DNA of 64,000 nt, taken from a virus. Positions within the stretch are counted from its first letter, which is position 1. The number at the start of each line of letters is the position of its first letter. Positions 39,703 to 49,121 of the stretch are shown here, piece by piece. The stretch lies in IMG/VR virus record IMGVR_UViG_3300025818_000017. One strand, 5' to 3'. Under the pieces are notes generated by a model. That model was not told where the DNA came from, ran no database searches, and worked only from the letters and a program-made list of their open reading frames with translations. The translations under genes were made by a program, and so were the position numbers.

Positions 39703-40239
39703 ATGCGTTTATGGGAGTTCATAACAGAAACGAGCAGAGGCATTACTGGCATCAAAGAGACTGATGGTTACATCGATTCTTTGATTGATATCATAGACAA
39801 ACATCCCGCCGCTGAAAAAATCATTGAAGATGCAATGAAGAAGTTCATTGCGGTAAAGACTCGTGATTCACAGGAACCTTACAACAATAAGGATTACGGT
39901 CACCAAGGCGTACTGAAAGGTTATAAACACGTTCATCTTCTAAAAAGTAATAAAATAAGCAATGGTACGAACCCTGTGGTTTTGTATTATCGCATTGAGG
40001 CTGGTATTCTTATTTTGGTTCATATACAGTTTCATATCAACGCCGCCAATAGAAGTAGTGAAGATAAGCGTTTAGTCAAAAAACTACGCAGAGCAGAACA
40101 GAACGATACATCTATGGTAATGCCAGTAGATGACCCAACTGAAAAGAAGAAAACACAAGGCGACTATAATCAACAAAAGAAAGACGATTATAAAGACCAG
40201 CAATGGTACAAAGATCAACAAGAGTTCTATAACCACTAA
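39703..40239 (+). CDS. RelE/YafQ-like protein with CTS-like N-terminus
   Basis: KDYGHQGVLKGYKHVHL..VLYYRIEAGILILVHIQFH parallels YafQ motifs; MRLWEFITE. Confidence 0.5.
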   Translation: MRLWEFITETSRGITGIKETDGYIDSLIDIIDKHPAAEKIIEDAMKKFIAVKTRDSQEPYNNKDYGHQGVLKGYKHVHLLKSNKISNGTNPVVLYYRIEAGILILVHIQFHINAANRSSEDKRLVKKLRRAEQNDTSMVMPVDDPTEKKKTQGDYNQQKKDDYKDQQWYKDQQEFYNH

Positions 40240-40253
40240 CAAAAGAGGGGCAT

Positions 40254-40535
40254 ATGCCCGATCAACTTACTAAAGAACAGTTCTGGCATATCCTGTCTTC
40301 GCCGATTATTGCTCGTCAATGCGGCACTTGCAAATACGAAGATAGAGAAGGGGATGAATGTTTTCATCCTACTGCTGCACGGAAGCCATTTGAGTTTATA
40401 TCGGGGCAGATGGTTGACGATATCAAATGCTCTGGTTATTACCATGATGGACTCAGTTTTGACCGTGAAGTGTACGAAGCGGATTGGGGTAACCATATCG
40501 TAGACCTTTGGGAGTGGAACGGTGAAACTTACTAA
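40254..40535 (+). CDS. Hypothetical Cys-containing protein
   Basis: CGTC..C..C; SD upstream. Confidence 0.6.
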   Translation: MPDQLTKEQFWHILSSPIIARQCGTCKYEDREGDECFHPTAARKPFEFISGQMVDDIKCSGYYHDGLSFDREVYEADWGNHIVDLWEWNGETY

Positions 40536-40941
40536 TAAAGAGAAGCGTTTATTTGACTTTCTCAAACGACAGGCTATTGATGTTGAGCCTGTGAGGTCTT
40601 CCCGTATCGTTGCTGCTGTTGTACTCAATGGGCAGATTATTAGCGTTGGGAATAACTCAATGAAGTCCCATCCGTTTGCCGCCAAGTATGGTAAGAATGA
40701 ACACGCCGTGTTTCTTCATGCTGAAACGGACGCTATCAAAAAAGCGTTGAACCATCTTGGTCCCAAAGATTTTAGTAAAGCAACGCTATATGTCCAGCGA
40801 GTAAAGCGACCAGACCCATCTAGGAAGAGAGGTTGGGTGAATGGTTTGTCCAAGCCGTGCCGTGGATGTATGAAAGCGGTTGTTGAGTTTGATTTTAAAA
40901 AGGTTGTTTATTCAACCGACGAAGGATATGAAGTCTTATAG
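40522..40941 (+). CDS. Zn-dependent cytidine/dCMP-type deaminase
   Basis: HAE and PCRGC motifs. Confidence 0.85.
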   Translation: MKLTNKEKRLFDFLKRQAIDVEPVRSSRIVAAVVLNGQIISVGNNSMKSHPFAAKYGKNEHAVFLHAETDAIKKALNHLGPKDFSKATLYVQRVKRPDPSRKRGWVNGLSKPCRGCMKAVVEFDFKKVVYSTDEGYEVL

Positions 40942-42135
40942 ACCCAATGCCCACTTGTTGTTTAGGTAGTTCTCAACGTTTCCAATCTCAACAGAGTTTA
41001 GTGTTCGGTCAAAGATAACGATTTCAGCAACATATCCTGTGTAGTTATTGGCATTTGCGCTATCCGCGCCGATAACCATTACGTTATTCAAGCTATTCGT
41101 TGTGGTTGTTCTTGTTCCAGCAAACCCTAGTGTATCTGTTGTTAAATCGTAACGGAATACTAGGTTTGCGGCATCTGTTCCCGCAGTACCGTCATATACT
41201 AAAGCAAAAATATGGAAGTCTGTGGTATCGCCAGCATTTGTTCCTGTTCCGGTGAGTGTATTTGTTCCATCGTCCATACGAACATTCCATGTGCCGCCAC
41301 TGTGGTAGATTTGTAGATCGTCTTGACGGGTAGTAGTCAAGTATGATGTGCCAGCGAGACTCAATGCTCTTGCTACCACGAAGATACTGAATCCAGCAGC
41401 ACTTGCCATATTAGTGAATGGATTGATATCCATGTAATCGTTAATACCATCAAACTCAACATAGCCGTAACCGTTTTGTGGCGTGGTGTTTTCGTATGTT
41501 GGTTTGCTGCTGCCTGTACTGTTTGCGTTGTGTGCATAATCTGATTTATCGGCCCATTGTGTAATCTGACCTTCATCTGTAGCACTTGGGATATATGTAG
41601 CGGTATCAGCACCATCATACCAAATTTGTAGAGCAGTGTCGGCGTCAGTAACTGCATCATTTGGGTCTTCAACAACAGCCCCTGCACCAGATACCCAGGG
41701 TCTATGTGGGACCAACGGGTTTATAGTTGTGCTATCGTCCACTAGGCTATTTCCTGTGTATGGACGAGCGAGAGCTAAAACATCATAAGTATTCCATTCT
41801 CTAAAGAAGGTTGCGGTATCGTCACCGTCTGCTTGTCTTTTTTCTTGTGCAATCTCTAATCTCATAAGTTGGTTGTTTTCTTTATCTGCTTGATTTTTAG
41901 CACAGCAGTCAATGTAATCACCTGTAGTAAGACCTAATGATGCGAGGGTATCTCCGCTATTATTGATGTCGTTTATTACTCTCGTGTTTCTCTCGCAGAT
42001 TGTGTAGTAAGCGGAACTCAACCCTTCATCTGCTGCGATAGCAGTAAGAAGCTGAGACATAGTTTGTCCATCATCAATGACAAGAGTATAACCTTGTCCA
42101 GTAAGTCCTTTGTAGTTTAGAGTAATGTTAGCCAT
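40936..42135 (-). CDS. Ubiquitin-like N-terminal domain fused to LamG/ConA-like domain
   Basis: KGLTGQGYTLVI..TM..I..DEGL resembles ubiquitin; WYDGAD..ITQWADKS and GYVAEIVIFDRTL are LamG-like; TATAAATA-N5-ATG. Confidence 0.65.
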   Translation of the reverse strand: MANITLNYKGLTGQGYTLVIDDGQTMSQLLTAIAADEGLSSAYYTICERNTRVINDINNSGDTLASLGLTTGDYIDCCAKNQADKENNQLMRLEIAQEKRQADGDDTATFFREWNTYDVLALARPYTGNSLVDDSTTINPLVPHRPWVSGAGAVVEDPNDAVTDADTALQIWYDGADTATYIPSATDEGQITQWADKSDYAHNANSTGSSKPTYENTTPQNGYGYVEFDGINDYMDINPFTNMASAAGFSIFVVARALSLAGTSYLTTTRQDDLQIYHSGGTWNVRMDDGTNTLTGTGTNAGDTTDFHIFALVYDGTAGTDAANLVFRYDLTTDTLGFAGTRTTTTNSLNNVMVIGADSANANNYTGYVAEIVIFDRTLNSVEIGNVENYLNNKWALGL

Positions 42136-42192
42136 ATCTATATTTATAATATATTGCAAGTTATCGTCTGTATATGTTAGAATAAATACTGT

Positions 42193-43827
42193 ATGAAAAG
42201 TACTGCTGTAATGGGCTGGCTTGCCCTCTTTATGTCTTTAGCTATCGCCGCTTGTGCGGCGTATTTTAGTATTGCTGGTTTGGCGGTATTGTTTGCCGCC
42301 GCTCTCATTCCTGTTATCATTATGGCTACCACGCTGGAGATTGGGAAGCTCGTAGCAACTTTCTTCCTGCATAGATTTTGGGAAGAATTGCCGGGGCAAA
42401 TAAAATATCCAATGACAATGATGGTCGTTATTCTTATGCTTATTACGAGTATGGGTATCTTTGGTTTCTTATCTAAGGGACACATTGAACAAGAAGCACC
42501 AGAAATCTCAATGCAAACTGAGATAGATAACGTTGATAATCAGATCGGTTTCCACAAGGGTGCTATCAAGGACATTGAGAAAGACCTTGCACAAATTCGT
42601 GAAAGTCTAGACAGATACACTGAATTAGGTGCTGTTACAAAAGGTCTAGCAGCACGAGAAAAACTACAAAAAGATATTGACGGTCTACGAGAAAAGATTG
42701 CTAAAGAGCGTAAAGAAATCCGTACCCTTGAAGAAGAGAAGTTAAATATTAGACAACGAATAAATGAGATTGAAGCCAAGCTTGGTCCTGTAAAGTACGT
42801 TGCAGAATTATTTGGCTTTGACCTCAAGGAAGACCCGCAAGGTAAGGGTAAAGCAGTCCGTATTGTTATTGTGCTATTCATGCTTGCTTTTGACCCGTTG
42901 GCTATTTGGCTGGTCATGGCTAGTGATTGGGCTTTCCTAAAGTATCGCAGAGAAAGAGAAGAACTAGGCTTAGACGAAAAAGAGGAAGAAGAGCGTCAGC
43001 GTAAACTAGAAGAAGAAGAGCAAAGAAGACTACAAAAGATAGCTGAAAAAGAAAAAGAACTAGAAGAAAAACTATCTAAAAAAAACCTGACCAAAGAGGA
43101 AGAAATGACCGAGCTTGAGGAAGCATTGGTCCAAGTGTATCATCAACTAGAGGAAAAAGAAATGGAACTAAAAGAGTATACCGCAATCCTAGAAGAGCTA
43201 GGTCGCACGTTGGATGAAAAGCCAACGGAAATTGAGAAAATCGTTGAGATTGAGAATACTGAAAAACTAGAAGAAATGGTTGCCGAAATTAACCAACTTG
43301 AAAGTCAGAAGATAAACCTAGAGCAAGAAATGGAAAGTATTCGTGCTAGTTTGATGACAAAGGAACAAGTTGCAGACGAGCTAAAACAAGCTTTGGTAGA
43401 AGTTAGAAACGAACTAGAAAGTATTCGCCAAGAGAATAACGCTCTCAGAAGTGACATTGAAGCACGTGATAATGCAGTTGCTTCGTTGAATAAGAAATAT
43501 AATCTTGTTGAGAAAATCCCAGGTATGGTTCTTCGTCCCGACACAGGTACGCCAAAAGACGCTACCTTTGGTACAGATTTCCCATCTAACCCAGTAAACG
43601 GTCAGCAGTTTCTTCGTGTTGATGAACTACCAAGTAAACTATACAAGTACGATGGTTCCCGTTGGGTAGAAGTTGTAAAAGACGTTGATGTTGAGTACGA
43701 TGAACAATATCTACAGCATCTTATTAACGAGTTGGGAGAAGGCAACGTTGAACTTGACGACTTGAGCCAAAAAGAACAAGAGGAAATCCAAGCCTTATTA
43801 AGCAAAGACGATGTACTCGGACAATAA
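42193..43827 (+). CDS. Inner-membrane protein with long coiled coil
   Basis: Several N-terminal TM helices, LEIGKLV, E/K-rich coiled coil. Confidence 0.75.
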   Translation: MKSTAVMGWLALFMSLAIAACAAYFSIAGLAVLFAAALIPVIIMATTLEIGKLVATFFLHRFWEELPGQIKYPMTMMVVILMLITSMGIFGFLSKGHIEQEAPEISMQTEIDNVDNQIGFHKGAIKDIEKDLAQIRESLDRYTELGAVTKGLAAREKLQKDIDGLREKIAKERKEIRTLEEEKLNIRQRINEIEAKLGPVKYVAELFGFDLKEDPQGKGKAVRIVIVLFMLAFDPLAIWLVMASDWAFLKYRREREELGLDEKEEEERQRKLEEEEQRRLQKIAEKEKELEEKLSKKNLTKEEEMTELEEALVQVYHQLEEKEMELKEYTAILEELGRTLDEKPTEIEKIVEIENTEKLEEMVAEINQLESQKINLEQEMESIRASLMTKEQVADELKQALVEVRNELESIRQENNALRSDIEARDNAVASLNKKYNLVEKIPGMVLRPDTGTPKDATFGTDFPSNPVNGQQFLRVDELPSKLYKYDGSRWVEVVKDVDVEYDEQYLQHLINELGEGNVELDDLSQKEQEEIQALLSKDDVLGQ

Positions 43828-44191
43828 ACTTATCATAGTTTCTTCTCCTACGTACTATCACGGCAATGTACCAAGTCTTATGCTTTATGATATAGAACCC
43901 GATGATATGAAGATCATTATGGAGATTCTACTTGATTCGGATATCGTTATGAGTGTTCATTTGGGGTATTCCGATAAATCAGAGCGCGAATGGTTGTTAA
44001 ATACTAGTAGACAGGTTGACAGAACGATTGTTAATCTTCAAAAACATGATTTGATTAAAGGATTTATATTGAATTACCCCACTGTTTCGTATTATAATAA
44101 TACACACGATATAGAGTCGTTGAATATGAACCAACTAACTGATCCCATCGATTACATACTGAGGTTTGTGCATGAGCAAAGAGACGAATGA
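43811..44191 (+). CDS. Hypothetical protein
   Basis: Coupled ORF. Confidence 0.65.
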   Translation: MYSDNKLIIVSSPTYYHGNVPSLMLYDIEPDDMKIIMEILLDSDIVMSVHLGYSDKSEREWLLNTSRQVDRTIVNLQKHDLIKGFILNYPTVSYYNNTHDIESLNMNQLTDPIDYILRFVHEQRDE

Positions 44192-45431
44192 AAAGAACTT
44201 AAACTGCGACTTTTGTGGAAAGAACCGCAACGAGGTCGATAAGCTTATTGTGGGCAACGATACAAGCATTTGTAATGAGTGTGTTGATCTATGTCATGAC
44301 ATTCTTGAGAACGATAGGTTTACCAAACTAAAGAAAAACCTAATCAACAAAGACTATCTAAATCCCATCAAAATCAAAGAACACCTAGACAAATATGTTA
44401 TTTCACAAGATAAAGCAAAGATTGCTTTATCCGTTGCCGTAGCAAATCATTTCAAGCGTATTAATCATCCCCCCAAAGACCTAAAGATTGAGAAGTCAAA
44501 TATCATGATTGCTGGTCCTACTGGTAACGGTAAGACTATGCTTGCCCGTGCAATCGCGGAATATCTAGAGGTTCCATTTGTTATCGCTGACGCCACTACT
44601 CTTACAGAGGCTGGTTATGTAGGCGATGATGTAGAAAGCATTATTTCCCGTTTGCTACACGTTGCTGATTACGATGTGGAGAAAGCACAGAACGGTATTA
44701 TCTTCATTGACGAGATTGATAAGATTGCCCGTAAAAGTGAGAATGTATCTATTACCCGTGATGTATCTGGTGAAGGCGTACAGCAAGCCCTATTAAAACT
44801 AGTAGAAGGCACGGATTGTCGTGTAGCACCACAAGGTGGGCGTAAGCACCCATCACAAGAGTTGATCAATGTCAACACAGAAAACATCCTATTCATTGCG
44901 TCTGGCGCATTCGTGGGACTTGATAAGATTATTGAGAAACGCAAAACACCAGGTAGTATCGGCTTCGGTGCAACTATTTCTGAAAAAGAAAAAGACACAC
45001 TAGAAATGTTGAATGATATTGAACCTCACGATTTCGTGAGTTTCGGTCTTATCCCTGAGTTCACTGGTCGTTTCCCTGTATTCACTCATGTTGAGAAACT
45101 TGATGCGGCTGATTTGGTTCATATTATGACTGATACTAAGAACTGTATTATTGACCAGTATAAGTATTATTTCACCTTACAGGACATTGAGTTGGAGTTC
45201 AGCAAGGAAGCGTTAGTGGCTATTGCTGATAAAGCGGTTACATTAGAAACTGGTGCCCGTGGTCTAAAGAGCATCATTGAGGATGTATTATTGCCACATC
45301 AGTTTCATATGTATGATTACGCCAAGGATGGTGTAAAAAAACTTATTGTAGATGAGGCTACAATCGAGTATAATGATAAGATAAAGTTTGTTTATGAAGA
45401 GGTATCAAATGGCAAAACAGAAAGAGTTTAA
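44172..45431 (+). CDS. clpX: ATP-dependent Clp protease ATPase subunit ClpX
   Basis: C4 Zn finger, [12 protein letters not shown] pore loop, [22 protein letters not shown] loop, IGF loop. Confidence 0.95.
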   Translation: MSKETNEKNLNCDFCGKNRNEVDKLIVGNDTSICNECVDLCHDILENDRFTKLKKNLINKDYLNPIKIKEHLDKYVISQDKAKIALSVAVANHFKRINHPPKDLKIEKSNIMIAGPTGNGKTMLARAIAEYLEVPFVIADATTLTEAGYVGDDVESIISRLLHVADYDVEKAQNGIIFIDEIDKIARKSENVSITRDVSGEGVQQALLKLVEGTDCRVAPQGGRKHPSQELINVNTENILFIASGAFVGLDKIIEKRKTPGSIGFGATISEKEKDTLEMLNDIEPHDFVSFGLIPEFTGRFPVFTHVEKLDAADLVHIMTDTKNCIIDQYKYYFTLQDIELEFSKEALVAIADKAVTLETGARGLKSIIEDVLLPHQFHMYDYAKDGVKKLIVDEATIEYNDKIKFVYEEVSNGKTERV

Positions 45432-45675
45432 CGGCTCAACTATTACAATCAAGTATCCCCCGAATCCTACTGACGAACAGAAGGCAAGGGCGTTCAACAA
45501 CGGTTTGCGTAAGTTCAAGAAGATGGTTCAGACTGAGGGTATCATCCAGGAATATCGTGAACGTGAGTTTTATGAGAAACCAACTACTCGTCGCCGAAGA
45601 GAAAAGTCGATGGCTCGTAAGCGTTGGCTAAAGCGCCAGCGTGAACTAGAGAACGAGCGTTGGGGTAATACTTGA
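45409..45675 (+). CDS. rpsU: Ribosomal protein bS21
   Basis: LRKFKK..GII.EYREREFYEKPT.RRRRE..ARKR. Confidence 0.85.
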   Translation: MAKQKEFNGSTITIKYPPNPTDEQKARAFNNGLRKFKKMVQTEGIIQEYREREFYEKPTTRRRREKSMARKRWLKRQRELENERWGNT

Positions 45676-45786
45676 CAAATCCCATTATATTGTGATATAA
45701 TGATAAATAAGAGTGAGGATATGCCATAAGGGTGTCCTCACCTTACTACCCGCAGATGCCGAATGGTTCGGGTCTGCATTACATAA

Positions 45787-45815
45787 CTTGCTTAGATATA
45801 AGGAGTAAAGCAATG
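45787..45815 (+). promoter_or_regulatory. ROSE-like hairpin sequestering the hsp20 SD
   Basis: CUUGCUUA-gaua-UAAGGAG pairs with a single bulged G opposite the SD. Confidence 0.5.
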
Positions 45816-46241
45816 AAAACATTAACACATCGTGATTTTCCACAACTCGTCGGCTTTGACCGTCTATTCAATGAACTAGATCGTTTGACTACAGCATCTT
45901 CTGGTTCATCCGCAGGGTATCCCCCATACAACGTAATCAGTGAGAGTGACAACGATTATATCGTAGAGATTGCTGTTGCTGGTTTCAGCGAGGATGCTTT
46001 GAGCATTGAAGAGCATGACGGAACATTGACTATTCGTGGTATTCCAGCAGAAGGTGAAGAAGATCGTAAGTACGTTCATAAAGGTATTTCTAACCGTAAG
46101 TTTGAGCGTTCATTTACATTGGCTGACCACGTTCATGTCGAAGGTGCATCTGTTGAGAACGGACTTCTGACCATTAAGTTGATTCGTGAAGTCCCAGAGG
46201 AACTACAACCTCGTAAGATTGCTATTGAATATAAGAAGTAA
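45813..46241 (+). CDS. Small heat-shock protein Hsp20 (IbpA-like)
   Basis: GFDRLF, YPPYNV, EIAVAGF, HKGISNRKFERSF, NGLLTI. Confidence 0.95.
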   Translation: MKTLTHRDFPQLVGFDRLFNELDRLTTASSGSSAGYPPYNVISESDNDYIVEIAVAGFSEDALSIEEHDGTLTIRGIPAEGEEDRKYVHKGISNRKFERSFTLADHVHVEGASVENGLLTIKLIREVPEELQPRKIAIEYKK

Positions 46242-46263
46242 TCTTCAAAAAGAGTTCCCTTAC

Positions 46264-46298
46264 AAGAGCGGTAGAGAAGTCTGCCGCTCTTTCTTTTT
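46264..46298 (+). terminator. Rho-independent terminator
   Basis: AAGAGCGGTAG-N6-CTGCCGCTCTT plus T run. Confidence 0.8.
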
Positions 46299-46340
46299 GT
46301 ATAAATAACTTAGTATATTATTCAAAGAAGGGTGCTATCA

Positions 46341-46823
46341 ATGAAACAGAATCCGATACTATTCAAATGGTGGATACAAACAGTTGTTATTATATTTGCG
46401 TCTGTTATCGCTGGTCATCTTGGTTGGTGGGAAGCACTATGGGATGCTGACCAAACAAAGATTTCTATTCTTATTCTATTTCTATTCGTTCTTTCAACTT
46501 TGGGCGCTGGATATATCAGTAAGGAAAATACCCAAGAAGTTTTAGAAAAATATCAGAACTATGTTTGGTTCGCCAGTGAAGCAATGATTACCCTTGGGAT
46601 GATTGGAACGGTTGCCGGCTTCCTTATTCTTCTTGGAAATGGGTTTGAAAGTATTGATGTTACCGATACAAAAAGTCTGCAAAATATTATTGCTGGCATG
46701 GCGGTTGGTATGAGTACAGCCCTTACAACTACTTTGGTTGGTCTGATTGGTTCAGTATTGACTAAACTGCAAATGGTTATTATTGAGAACAGTTGGGAAG
46801 ACGATGAGGAAGTACAGAAGTAA
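46341..46823 (+). CDS. MotA/TolQ/ExbB-like proton-channel protein
   Basis: LGMIGTVAG and GMSTALTTTLVGL. Confidence 0.8.
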   Translation: MKQNPILFKWWIQTVVIIFASVIAGHLGWWEALWDADQTKISILILFLFVLSTLGAGYISKENTQEVLEKYQNYVWFASEAMITLGMIGTVAGFLILLGNGFESIDVTDTKSLQNIIAGMAVGMSTALTTTLVGLIGSVLTKLQMVIIENSWEDDEEVQK

Positions 46824-47472
46824 TCAGCGTTTTAAAGCAAGTTTTGGAATGATTGACTTATTATTCAATCTATTGATTGGATTCGTCTTTCTTTTCATTA
46901 TTGCTTTCATTATGATTAGACCTATTACCAAGACAAAAACCATTGATCCAAAAGCGGAATACTTGATTATTATGAGTTGGCCGGAGGGTGATGAAAACGA
47001 CATTGATTTATGGGTAAAAGCAGAGAAATCAAAGATTGTAAGTTTTCGTTCCAAGGATAGTGGATTGATGCACCTTGACCGCGACGATCTTGGTGGAACA
47101 AACGATACTATCATTGTTGATGGAAAACCTACTAAAAGCAAAATCAACCGTGAAGTTGTTTCCATCCGTCAAAAAATACAAGACAAATATTATGTAAATG
47201 TTCATTGGTATTCACAAAAGGGTGAGAATAGTGCGATTGCTGATATCAAAGTAGAAGTAATATTGCTTCGTGTGAATCCTTATAAAGAAGTTGCTAAATC
47301 AACAGTTGTTCTTCCTACGAAGGGAGCAGAGGGCGCAGCATTTCAGTTCTACATTGGGGAAGATGGTGATATTGAGCAAGTTACAAAAGATGAAGAACGA
47401 TGGGTAATGGGTGAAGTACAAGCATATATTGATAATGCCGGTGGCGCTATGGATAGAGTGAACGGACCATAA
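46804..47472 (+). CDS. MotB/ExbD-like partner: one TM helix plus soluble domain
   Basis: MIDLLFNLLIGF TM with Asp; DIDLWV..LDRDD. Confidence 0.6.
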   Translation: MRKYRSNQRFKASFGMIDLLFNLLIGFVFLFIIAFIMIRPITKTKTIDPKAEYLIIMSWPEGDENDIDLWVKAEKSKIVSFRSKDSGLMHLDRDDLGGTNDTIIVDGKPTKSKINREVVSIRQKIQDKYYVNVHWYSQKGENSAIADIKVEVILLRVNPYKEVAKSTVVLPTKGAEGAAFQFYIGEDGDIEQVTKDEERWVMGEVQAYIDNAGGAMDRVNGP

Positions 47473-47975
47473 TGGAACTATTTTTTACAACAACCGAACT
47501 TCTAGTAGTCTTTTGGGTAGGGTTTTCTATTGTCGCACTTGGTCTTGTATTTCGTTCATCATTATCTTTTTCACGAAAAATGTTGATTGTTCCCTTGACT
47601 TTCCTTGCACTATATGTTACAATAACACAATCAATAGAACTATTAGGAAAACCATACGAAGGGGTGCCATCAGACGAGTTTGTTTTTGTTTCATATAGAA
47701 TATCCGTTGACCCTACTACCAAGAAAAAGTCTATCTTGCTTTGGACTAATAACAAGGAAGAGGGTGATAGACTGTATATTCTTCCATATAATGAACAGGC
47801 AAAGAATAAACTACAGCAAGCCGCCCAGCGTCAGAAGCAAGGTGTTATGCAGATGGGTAAGTTTAAGAAAACAAAACAAACAGGCAAGCGACTAGAAAGC
47901 ACACTATGGGCAGATATACAACTTTATGATTTTCCTATGCAGACATTGATACCGAAAGACAACCCTAACAAATAG
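47472..47975 (+). CDS. Membrane protein (2 TM plus soluble domain)
   Basis: Coupled third gene of the module. Confidence 0.6.
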   Translation: MELFFTTTELLVVFWVGFSIVALGLVFRSSLSFSRKMLIVPLTFLALYVTITQSIELLGKPYEGVPSDEFVFVSYRISVDPTTKKKSILLWTNNKEEGDRLYILPYNEQAKNKLQQAAQRQKQGVMQMGKFKKTKQTGKRLESTLWADIQLYDFPMQTLIPKDNPNK

Positions 47976-47983
47976 AGGACCGT

Positions 47984-48286
47984 ATGACTGATACTGATAT
48001 TGCTGAAAAAGTAAAGACTAATACCCGACTAAAAGAACCATCAATGTTCAATGTTATCTATCTAAACGACGAACAGACAACGATGCAGTTTGTCGTTGAT
48101 ACACTTATTCGTCATTTTGATTATGATGATTCAAGTGCTATGGAAAAGATGGCTGAAATCCATGATGAAGGTGCTGGTGTTGTTGCTACACTACCATATG
48201 AAATGGCTGAACAGAAAGGTGTAGAAGTAACGATTGAAGCACGAAATCTTGGTTTCCCGTTACAGGTAAAGGTGGAACCAGCGTAA
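47984..48286 (+). CDS. clpS: Clp protease adaptor ClpS
   Basis: PSMFNVIYLNDEQTTMQFVV..L, IHDEG, AEQK, FPLQ. Confidence 0.92.
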   Translation: MTDTDIAEKVKTNTRLKEPSMFNVIYLNDEQTTMQFVVDTLIRHFDYDDSSAMEKMAEIHDEGAGVVATLPYEMAEQKGVEVTIEARNLGFPLQVKVEPA

Positions 48287-48810
48287 TGCGTGTGGTGAAT
48301 CTATTTTCGGGTCCAGGTGCTGGTAAATCAACTACCGCATCTGGACTTTTTTTTGAAATGAAAACCCGTGATATGGAAGTAGAACTGGTTACAGAATATG
48401 CTAAAAAGTTGGTATGGCAGAAACGTCATAACACTTTACAGGACCAGTTATATGTAACGGCAAAACAGAACCATCGCATGCAAATCCTACGGGAACAAGT
48501 GAACTGGTGTATCACAGATAGTCCTATTCTACTTGGTCTACATTATTCACCGCACTTTTACCCACGGACATATCCATCCTTTATTCTGGATGTTTTCAAC
48601 TCATACGACAATATGAACTTTTGGATTGAGAGAACAAAGAAATATAATCCAAATGGAAGGAATCAGACAGAAGACGAAGCAAGAGAAGCAGACGCAAATA
48701 TTCGTGCTATCCTTGATGATAACAAGATTGACTATACAGTTATTAAAGGAAATCCAGATGCCCCGAAGCGTATTATGGAAACTATTTTGGCAACAGGAGA
48801 TTACGTGTGA
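48286..48810 (+). CDS. NadR/Ttd14-like P-loop kinase (AAA_28)
   Basis: GPGAGKST, EYAK, ITDSP, YNPNGRNQT. Confidence 0.7.
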   Translation: MRVVNLFSGPGAGKSTTASGLFFEMKTRDMEVELVTEYAKKLVWQKRHNTLQDQLYVTAKQNHRMQILREQVNWCITDSPILLGLHYSPHFYPRTYPSFILDVFNSYDNMNFWIERTKKYNPNGRNQTEDEAREADANIRAILDDNKIDYTVIKGNPDAPKRIMETILATGDYV

Positions 48811-49121
48811 GGAAAATGTGGCCCAAGACGCACATACTGAACGGACTTGGCGAACAGCAAGTCAATCATGCACAGTATTATGCTTTGCGAATGGCAGAAG
48901 AAATGGATAAAGCTGAAAGAAAACTACGCGAAACAAACGATAGACTAAATGATGATGAACGTCTGGCGGATGATATTATCAAAGAGCAGATAATAAAGAA
49001 AAAGCTAGAGGTAGCAGAACATTGGTTAGTTCCATTGACAACCTATGTAGAACAAGCACGAGAAAACTTGGATTATATTGAGCCAGAAGATAACCCGATT
49101 ATGAAGGAACGTGGAGAATGA
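48807..49121 (+). CDS. Hypothetical protein
   Basis: Coupled ORF. Confidence 0.6.
   Translation: MRKMWPKTHILNGLGEQQVNHAQYYALRMAEEMDKAERKLRETNDRLNDDERLADDIIKEQIIKKKLEVAEHWLVPLTTYVEQARENLDYIEPEDNPIMKERGE

Noticed and set aside
45732-45812. 27-aa N-terminal extension of Hsp20 from GTG45732
   Set aside because: A strong AAGGAG SD precedes ATG45813 and the family N-terminus starts there; the upstream part is the leader RNA.
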